In this document: positions 57,308 to 64,000 of the stretch, one piece after another | Position numbering within the stretch: position 1 is the first letter of the stretch | How the letters are laid out: each line of letters opens with the position of its first letter | Assembly (NCBI GenBank): GCA_963555995.3 | Contig: OY821641.1 | Span: 1,120,001 to 1,184,000 of the forward strand | DNA: 64,000 bases | Reading direction: 5' to 3' | From: Vicinamibacteria bacterium | GTDB lineage: Bacteria; Acidobacteriota; Vicinamibacteria; Marinacidobacterales; Marinacidobacteraceae | Program-made: the position numbers and the translations under genes | Notes under the pieces: generated by a model | Databases searched by the model: none | What the model was told of the DNA's origin: nothing | Seen by the model: only the letters and a program-made list of their open reading frames with translations

Positions 57308-58225
57308 CTACATCGTCGGGGTTCTGCGAATCGCGGCCCAGCCCGGATCCGGGTCGCCGGCCATTACCTTCCGGATTGCGGCGCCGGCGGGTCCGGCCGT
57401 GCCCCAGCGGTCCGCAATCTCGGGCGTCCGTTTCCACACCGTGGGTTCGTGGGTTGCCTCGTCGGCGATGTGCTCCATGTCGCTCGTGTACTCGCACACG
57501 TAGCCGGCGGGATCCCTGAAGTAGCAGAAGATGTTGTTGCCCGGCCCGTGACGCCCGGGCCCCCAGTCGGGCTCGTGCCCGCGGGCGCGCAGGTTGGCGA
57601 GACCGGTCATCACGCCGTCCACGTTCGCCATCACGTACGCCACGTGGTTGACCGAGGCGTACGGCGCGCGATGGAAGGCGAGGACGTGGTGTTTCCGACC
57701 GCAGCGCAGGAACGCCATCCGGTCCTCGATCCAGTCCGAGACCCGGAACCCCAGGACCTCGGTGTAGAACGCGACGATCCGATCGAACCGGGCGGTGTTC
57801 AGGACCACGTGGCAGAGTCGGCGCGGCTCGACGCGGCCGGCGGACCAGCCGTTCGGGTGTTCGGCGACGCCCGCCGACAGCTCGATGCAGCGGTTCTCTG
57901 GGTCGAGCAGGCGGAGGCCGTAACCGCCGCCCGGCGCCTCGAGGTCGTGGGGCGGCGCCACGATGGGGACGCCGCGCTGTTCGAGTTCGGCTGCCGCCGC
58001 AGCGATGGCCCCGCGGCCGTCCACGCGGAAGGCGAGATGGTGCAGCCCGCGCCGGCCGGCCGGGTGCAGGCTGAGAATGTGGTGCTCGGACGACGATCCG
58101 CGGAAATACCGCGCGTGACGGTCTTCCCCGGCCGATTGCAGTCCCCAGGTCCGGAGGTAGAACCCGGCCTGCGCCGCAATCGCGGGCGACAGCAGCGCCA
58201 CTTGGCGGATGTCCCGGATCTTCAT
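57308..58225 (-). CDS. VOC-family protein, extradiol dioxygenase-like
   Basis: Two VOC domains; LCHVVL, GFRVSD, HHVLA..NHVAY, WGPGRHGPGNNIFCYFRDPAG..EY. Confidence 0.88.
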   Translation of the reverse strand: MKIRDIRQVALLSPAIAAQAGFYLRTWGLQSAGEDRHARYFRGSSSEHHILSLHPAGRRGLHHLAFRVDGRGAIAAAAAELEQRGVPIVAPPHDLEAPGGGYGLRLLDPENRCIELSAGVAEHPNGWSAGRVEPRRLCHVVLNTARFDRIVAFYTEVLGFRVSDWIEDRMAFLRCGRKHHVLAFHRAPYASVNHVAYVMANVDGVMTGLANLRARGHEPDWGPGRHGPGNNIFCYFRDPAGYVCEYTSDMEHIADEATHEPTVWKRTPEIADRWGTAGPAGAAIRKVMAGDPDPGWAAIRRTPTM

Positions 58226-58244
58226 CGGCAGGAAACCCCGTGCA

Positions 58245-58970
58245 TCAGGCGTCTCTCCTCCGGGTCAGCTCGATCCTCAGGTCCCGCCGGATATAGACCT
58301 CGAAGAACTCGCGCAGCCAGACCTCCTCGGCGAGCGTGAACCGGTCGGTCAGTTCCTGCGCGGGCCGTTCCGTGAGATAGACGATACGCCACCGGTTGAG
58401 CGGCCGCGATTCGTCGCCGCCGGCCGCGTGCTCGACGTGGAAGAGCGGCTGTCCGCCGCCGGCCCGCAGCCGGTTCCCGTCCTCGTCGAGGAGTTCCGAG
58501 GCTCCGATGAAGGTGGCGCTCTGCCGCGCGGGGTTCAGGAAGACCTGCTCGAGGACCAGCCCCCGCCGTGACGGCTCCAGCCACCGGCGCTGCTCGGAAC
58601 ATCGCGCGAACGACTCGGCGCCGCCGTCCGCCGTCCGCCGGCCCCAGTGGCGGGCGCTGCCCGCCGTCACGACGGACGGAATGTAGAGGTCGGGCCGGAA
58701 CGCCTTCTTCACCTCCATGTCCCACATCATGGTCCGGGTGAAGGTGAGCGGTTCGGTCGTTCGGTAGCGCTCGGCGAGCACCCGGTTGACGTCCACCGGA
58801 GGCAACTCGATGCGGGTGTTGCCCCGATCGGTCCAGGCCCGCTCGAACTCCGCTTCATGATCCAGCGAAGCGGCCGGCGTCGCCGCCGCCCGCTCGGGTG
58901 GTGACGCGGTCGTTCCCGGCGCCGCCGCCCTGCGTCGCGTCCGCACGTGGCCCCCCATCCCGCTCGTCAC
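58245..58970 (-). CDS. Hypothetical protein (possibly SRPBCC/AtaL-like fold)
   Basis: GTG overlaps the upstream stop; protein-like C-terminal part of the 58245..60269 ORF; MWDMEVKKAFRPDLYIP weakly recalls DUF1857. Confidence 0.6.
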   Translation of the reverse strand: MTSGMGGHVRTRRRAAAPGTTASPPERAAATPAASLDHEAEFERAWTDRGNTRIELPPVDVNRVLAERYRTTEPLTFTRTMMWDMEVKKAFRPDLYIPSVVTAGSARHWGRRTADGGAESFARCSEQRRWLEPSRRGLVLEQVFLNPARQSATFIGASELLDEDGNRLRAGGGQPLFHVEHAAGGDESRPLNRWRIVYLTERPAQELTDRFTLAEEVWLREFFEVYIRRDLRIELTRRRDA

Positions 58971-60400
58971 CCCGCGGCGAACGCCTGAAGCGCCGGCACC
59001 AGGACCATGCTCAGGGCGATCACCACGATCGAGGTCAGGACGGTGGCCACGAGACCGACCCGGAACAACGTCCCGAATCCGACCGCGCCGAAGGAGAAGG
59101 TGGCGGCCACCGCCGGGCTGGACCAGGGCAGGGCCACCCCCTGGGCGGTGCCCGCGATGATCCGCGCGAGGATCGCCGGGTTGTAGCCGAGAGCCTCCGC
59201 CATCGGGAAGAGCATGGTCGAAACCATCATGGTGGTCGCCGTACCGCTGGCCAGTTGCGTCAGCAGCGGGGTGGCCAGCCCCGCCACCCAGGGCAGGGCC
59301 GCCGCCGTAACGTGGCCCGTGAGGATGCCGACCAGCCAGTCCAGCATGCCCAGGCTCGCGAGCACCCCGGCGAGCGCCGTCCCGCCGAGCACCAGGAACA
59401 GCAGGTTCCATCCGACGCCGCGCTGAAAGTCGTCGGCTTCCAGAGTCATCGCGCCGCGCTTCGCGTCGGCCGGCAGCACGAAGAGCAGCACCATCGCCAC
59501 GGGCGGCACGAACCAGATGTCGAGAAACCCGACGGTGACGACCGTGGGCAGGGTCCACAGGACCAGCATCAGGATCAGCACCGCCAGGACGTTCCTTTCG
59601 CCCCGGCTCATGGGACCGAGTTGCTCGCGTTCGCGGCGGAAGCGTTCGCGCGCGCCGGCGATGGCATGGATTTCGGGCCGCAGCATGAACTTCAGGATCC
59701 AGTAGCAGACCGGGAAGTGGGCCGCCGTCAGGAATACGCCGCTCAGCGTCCACTGCGCGAAGCTGACGCTGTAGCCGGTCAACTGTTCGAGCAGCGAGAG
59801 GGCGAGCGCGTTGAAGACGATGCCGGCCGGCGTCGCCAGCCCGCCGGCGGCGGCGCCGTAGAGGACCGCCAGGGTCGCCGCCGCGGCCATCCGGTCCGCG
59901 CCGGGCGCCAGGGAGCGGATCAGGGACAGGACGATGGGCGTCATCGTCACGATGACCGCCAGGTCGCTGACCGCCGCGGACATCACCGCGGACACCACCA
60001 GGATCGCGAAGATCAGGCCGGCGCCGGATCGCGCCACTCCCGGCAGGGCGAGCGCGGCCAGGGCGATTCGCCGCGCCAGGCCGTGTTTCCGGAACGCGTG
60101 CCCGAACAGCATGATGCCCATCAGATAGGGGAAGATGGGCTGGCCGTAACGGGCGGCGACCTCGGAGAAGGGCATCGCGCCAAGCGGGAGCAGGACGAGC
60201 GGCAGGAAGCTGGCGACCGCCCAGGGCACGGGCCGGGTGACCCACCACGCCACCGTCCACGCGCTGCAACCGAGAGCGAAGTGCGCCTCGGGAGCGAGGC
60301 CGGTCAGGGGTGCGGCGTGGACGAGCGCGAACGCCGCCGGCCCCGCCAGCAGGCGCCAGCCGAACCCTCGCCGGCCGGTCGGCGCCTCACCGGCCCCCAT
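58967..60400 (-). CDS. SLC13/DASS-family transporter
   Basis: WWVTRPVP..FLP, HGLARRIAL, GGLATPAG..N, VSFAQW, VGWNLLFL, multi-TM; SNT motifs degenerate (SDL, SGT). Confidence 0.85.
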   Translation of the reverse strand: MGAGEAPTGRRGFGWRLLAGPAAFALVHAAPLTGLAPEAHFALGCSAWTVAWWVTRPVPWAVASFLPLVLLPLGAMPFSEVAARYGQPIFPYLMGIMLFGHAFRKHGLARRIALAALALPGVARSGAGLIFAILVVSAVMSAAVSDLAVIVTMTPIVLSLIRSLAPGADRMAAAATLAVLYGAAAGGLATPAGIVFNALALSLLEQLTGYSVSFAQWTLSGVFLTAAHFPVCYWILKFMLRPEIHAIAGARERFRREREQLGPMSRGERNVLAVLILMLVLWTLPTVVTVGFLDIWFVPPVAMVLLFVLPADAKRGAMTLEADDFQRGVGWNLLFLVLGGTALAGVLASLGMLDWLVGILTGHVTAAALPWVAGLATPLLTQLASGTATTMMVSTMLFPMAEALGYNPAILARIIAGTAQGVALPWSSPAVAATFSFGAVGFGTLFRVGLVATVLTSIVVIALSMVLVPALQAFAAG

Positions 60401-62150
60401 CGCTGGCCTCCGGGACGTCCACCCGGACGGTGACGATTTCCGAGTCGTGGAACTGCTCGTGGCGAACCGAGGTCGCGAGGTGGCGCAACAGTCGCAGCGA
60501 GACTTCCTGCTCCGCGCGTACCGGGTCGGGCCGGTCGGTCAACAGGCCGATCCGGTCCTCGACGTTCTCCTCACCGGCCGCGGCGATGAACTCGAGGACC
60601 GCACCCCCGCTCTCCTTGCGCGCCCTGAGCAGCAGGCGCCGCCGCTCGGGTCTTTCGGGGTCCCGTTCCTCCCCGGTCAGCGTCAGCAACGTCTCCTCGC
60701 TGACCGCGTCCAGACGGTCCACCATCGCCGCGCCCCAGCCGTTACGGGCGGTGAACGCGCCGAGGAACTCCCGGATCTTCGGCATCGCGGACAGATCGAG
60801 GCCCACCTCGATCCGGCTGCGCCGGGGCGCCGTCGCCTCGAGGAACAGCGTCATGAAGATGGCCACCACGCTGCCGGCCGTGATTCCGTTCCGCAACAGG
60901 CCGCCCGCGAACTCCGCGAGAACCTGGGGGAAGATCAGGTCGTTCTGGCAGCCGACCCCGACCCAGAAGGCGACCCCGGCGATCAGCGCCTTGCGGTGAT
61001 CCATCCCGCCCTGCAGCACCTCCGTCATGCCGCGGACGAAGCTCATCGCCAGCACCACGGTCAGGTAGGCCACCACGACCGCGCTGGGGATCGCCAGGAT
61101 CAGGGCGAGGACCTTGGGGAGGAACGCCAGCGCGATCAGCGCGCCCCCGGCGGCGATCCCCACCCGGCGGGACGCCACCCCGGTCAGCTCCACCGTCGGG
61201 ACGCTGATCCCGATGGTCTGGGTCGGCATGATCGCGGTGAAGCCGGACAGCAGCTTGCCGATGCCGTCCGCCGCCACCGCGCCCTCCACCGCCCGGTAGT
61301 CCACGGCCCGCTCCCGCCGCCAGGACACGCGCTGGATGGCGACCGCCCCGGTGATCGTCTGGATGGCGCCGATGAGGGCCACGAACCCGAAGGCCGGAAG
61401 GAGCTCCACGAACGCCGGCCCGAAGTCGAGCCCGATACCCGGCCAACCTCCCTCCGGCACGCCGACCCAGGGCGCCCGGCCGACGCGGCCCGGATCGTAG
61501 AGGCCCAGCGATGCGGCGACCAGGGTGCCGGCGACGATCCCGACGAGCGGCGCCCACAGGCGCAGGGTCGCCCCTCCCTTCAACGAGATGGCGCTGATGA
61601 TCAGGATCGTCGCCAGTGCGGTGAGCGGCGCGTCCAGCGGCGCCGCGTCGCCCGGCGCCTCGGCCAGGCGGGTGAACACCACCGGCAGCACCGTCGCCGG
61701 CACCAGCATGTTGACCGTGCCGACGATGGTCGGCGTGAGCAGCCGCCGGAACAGGGCGAGCCGCAGCGAGATCACCACCGGGACGAGCGACGAGGCGATG
61801 ACCAGTGTCGCGAGCAGCAGCGGACCCCCTTCGACGAGCGCGGTGACGCAGACCCCGATGTAGGCCCCGGCGGGGCCCATCGCGAGTACGTATCCCGCTC
61901 CGATGCGGCCCAGCCGGACCGCCTGCAGCGCCGTGGAGATGCCGCTGACGGCCACCGCGCTGAACACCGCCCACGAGAGGTAGGCGTCCGTGCCGCCGGC
62001 GACCCGGATCACGATGGTCGGGATCAGGACGATGCTGGCGAGCCCGAGCACCACGAGCTGCAGCCCGGAACCGAGCGTGAGTGCGGTCGGCGGCCTCTCG
62101 TCGGCTTCGTAGCGAACGCCGGCGTCCGGCGGCGCGTTGCGGGCGCTCAC
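60387..62150 (-). CDS. Second NCS2 permease-like protein with degenerate HATPase/RsbW-like tail
   Basis: Clear paralog of 45693..47447 (VRYEADERPP, YLSWAV, IGAGY, ELTG, LEFIAA..EDR..LRLLRH..SVRH). Confidence 0.8.
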   Translation of the reverse strand: MSARNAPPDAGVRYEADERPPTALTLGSGLQLVVLGLASIVLIPTIVIRVAGGTDAYLSWAVFSAVAVSGISTALQAVRLGRIGAGYVLAMGPAGAYIGVCVTALVEGGPLLLATLVIASSLVPVVISLRLALFRRLLTPTIVGTVNMLVPATVLPVVFTRLAEAPGDAAPLDAPLTALATILIISAISLKGGATLRLWAPLVGIVAGTLVAASLGLYDPGRVGRAPWVGVPEGGWPGIGLDFGPAFVELLPAFGFVALIGAIQTITGAVAIQRVSWRRERAVDYRAVEGAVAADGIGKLLSGFTAIMPTQTIGISVPTVELTGVASRRVGIAAGGALIALAFLPKVLALILAIPSAVVVAYLTVVLAMSFVRGMTEVLQGGMDHRKALIAGVAFWVGVGCQNDLIFPQVLAEFAGGLLRNGITAGSVVAIFMTLFLEATAPRRSRIEVGLDLSAMPKIREFLGAFTARNGWGAAMVDRLDAVSEETLLTLTGEERDPERPERRRLLLRARKESGGAVLEFIAAAGEENVEDRIGLLTDRPDPVRAEQEVSLRLLRHLATSVRHEQFHDSEIVTVRVDVPEASDGGR

Positions 62151-62259
62151 GACGCTGCCCGCGGGCGCCGGGCATCACCCCCGGGGCTGACGTTCCGGGT
62201 GGCCCGCGACGAGCCCGGCCAAATCGTCCCGTCCTCCACTTCCATGGCTGGCGGTCAGG

Positions 62260-63000
62260 CTATCCGCGTTTCTTCCCGCCGCCCAGAATCGCGGCGCGAA
62301 GCGCCCGCGACTGCTCCGAAAACCAGGTGTCCAGGAACCCTTCCCGCTTCTCGGCGGCCTGGCTCAGGGCCCGCTCCGCGAACCCGGCGCGGAGTTCCCG
62401 CTTCGTGTGGGTGTACGCCTCGCGAGGAAGGGCCCCCAGCTCTTCGGCCCGCTCCGCCGCCCGCTCCGCCAGGTTTCCGGGTTCGGCCAGTTCGTGAAGG
62501 AAGCCGTTCGCGAGGGCGTCCTCGGGTCCCGTGAGCCGGCCGCGCAGGAGCACCTCCGCGGTCCGCTCCGGCGGAATGGCCGCCCGCAGGACCTCGAAGG
62601 CCGCCGCCGGAAAGATGACCCCGAGCTGCACTTCGGAGACGCCAATCCGATAGGCGCCGGTGGCCCCCATCCGGACGTCGCAGGCGGCCGCGAGGATCGC
62701 GCCGCCCGCCACCGCGTGGCCGTTCACCGCGGCGACGGTGGGGCAGGGGAAGAGGAAGAGCCGGCGGACGAGCTCGTCGAAGGCTTCGACGAACGCGCCC
62801 ATCGCGTCGCGGTCCTCCGGCAGTCCCGCGAGATCGAGACCCGCCGAAAAGAAACGGCCCGTTCCGGTCAGGACCAGCGGCCGGCCGCCCGCTTCGGCTT
62901 CATCGAGGCTCGCCCCCAGTTCGGCGACCAGCGCCGGGTCGAGGGCGTTCGCCGGCCCGTGGCGCATGGCGGCCACGAGGGCCGACGGCGCGGACGACAC
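62260..63000 (-). CDS. Enoyl-CoA hydratase/isomerase family protein
   Basis: ANALD, FFSAGLDL, AAVNGHAVAGG, GVSEVQLG (single catalytic Glu, isomerase-like). Confidence 0.92.
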   Translation of the reverse strand: MSSAPSALVAAMRHGPANALDPALVAELGASLDEAEAGGRPLVLTGTGRFFSAGLDLAGLPEDRDAMGAFVEAFDELVRRLFLFPCPTVAAVNGHAVAGGAILAAACDVRMGATGAYRIGVSEVQLGVIFPAAAFEVLRAAIPPERTAEVLLRGRLTGPEDALANGFLHELAEPGNLAERAAERAEELGALPREAYTHTKRELRAGFAERALSQAAEKREGFLDTWFSEQSRALRAAILGGGKKRG

Positions 63001-63025
63001 GGGCCGGGAAGCCGTACTCGCGGGT

Positions 63026-63655
63026 TTACTCGAGTCCGGCCAGGACTTCCATCAGCGGTTCGTAGTCCTCACGGATCTGGTAGTCGTAGTTGACGTACTG
63101 GAGGACGCCCTCGCGATCGATCACGAAGGTCGCGCGCGAAGCGTAGGTCGCGCCGTTGATCTCGAGCGGGGTCACGCCGTAGGCGCCGACGACCTCCGCC
63201 TGGCGGTCCGAGAGCAGCACCAGTCCCGGCAGTTCACCCTCGGCGGCCGGCGCCACCATCATTCCGGATTCCTCGCCCATGTTCTGGAGCCAGTTCCACT
63301 GGGAGAAGGGGGTGTCCACGCTGATTCCGAAGACCTGGGTGTCCGCATCCAGAAACTTCTGGATGTCGTCCTTGTAGGACGAGAACTGGAGCGTTCAACC
63401 ACCCGTCCAGTCGGCCACGTAGAAGGCCAGCACGATGTTCTTCCTGCCCAACGCGGCGCTCATGTCGAGCTTCGCCGCGCCCGGCGATTCGCCCGCGGTG
63501 GAGGGCAGCGGATTCGGGAACATGGGCGCCTTGTCTCCCACCCGGAGCGAGACGTCCTGCGCCACGGCCTCAGGAATCCCCGCGGCCGCGGCCAGCCCGG
63601 CAACGAGCCCGAGGGCCAGGACGCCGGACAGTCGGCGGCTCTTGATGTGTTTCAT
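63026..63655 (-). CDS. Exported AhpC/TSA peroxiredoxin with in-frame UGA at the peroxidatic site (probable selenoprotein)
   Basis: ORFs 63395..63655 and 63026..63319 share a frame and join as VLAFYVADWTGG-(TGA)-TLQFSSYKDDIQKF..VFGISVD..LLSD..SRATFVID. Confidence 0.88.
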
Positions 63656-63846
63656 GGAGAACCTCCCTCGGTTGCGCCATCTGGTTCGGAGTGCGGATCA
63701 TGCCCGCTGGCCGTGCCTCCCGCAAGGGTGGCGCTTTCGGCCGTTGCCGCGGTACGGCGCCGAGCCTCCTCGGCCGCGCGGACCAGGCGCCGGCGGTGCT
63801 ATTCTGATTCGCTCGGTTCTCGTTCCAGAAAGGCTCCCAGGCACCC

Positions 63847-64000
63847 GTGACACTGTCCTTCCGCGCCCGCCTCGAGGCGGAAGTGCGCGAACTCGAGGAA
63901 GAGCTGCACCTGCGGCTTCCCCAACAGATCAAGGAGGCCCGCGAGCACGGCGACCTTTCCGAGAACGCGGAGTACGAGGCCGCGAAGGACCGGCAGAGCT
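63847..64000 (+). CDS. greA: Transcription elongation factor GreA/GreB (partial)
   Basis: Translation ..LPQQIKEAREHGDLSENAEYEAAKDRQ. Confidence 0.92.
   Translation, partial: MTLSFRARLEAEVRELEEELHLRLPQQIKEAREHGDLSENAEYEAAKDRQS

Noticed and set aside
63026-63655. Pseudogene or two separate genes
   Set aside because: The single stop is TGA exactly at the catalytic residue and both halves are intact and in frame; recoding is more parsimonious, though unproven

Overview
High-GC bacterial chromosomal window; gene content suggests Acidobacteriota, which is inference only. Most of it is housekeeping: aspS; phoH-pgpH-ybeY-corC-era; rpsP-rimM-trmD-rplS; ldcA-mpl; tRNA-Ala-lolA-secretin; a trpEG plus complete shikimate-pathway operon; tyrA; dnaK-dnaJ-hspR; greA. 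Intergenic spaces are filled by two families of palindromic repeats (REP/REPIN-like and MITE-like). The main accessory block (about 22.0-32.9 kb) is a type I restriction-modification locus. Its HsdM is fused in frame to a C-terminal PIN nuclease domain, and it is interleaved with toxin-antitoxin parts: three paralogous ~70-aa proteins, an RHH-VapC pair and an orphan HicB coupled to hsdS. Other highlights: an exported peroxiredoxin with an in-frame UGA at the catalytic position (probable selenoprotein); an aroB-aroA-[aroK-aroD-aroE fusion] order collinear with eukaryotic AROM; two NCS2 permeases fused to a degenerate RsbW-like domain; a duplicated trpG start around a MITE; a 50-aa membrane ORF overlapping the dnaK start; and a 32-34 bp periodic array next to hsdR. 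All calls come from reading motifs by eye; no searches were run.
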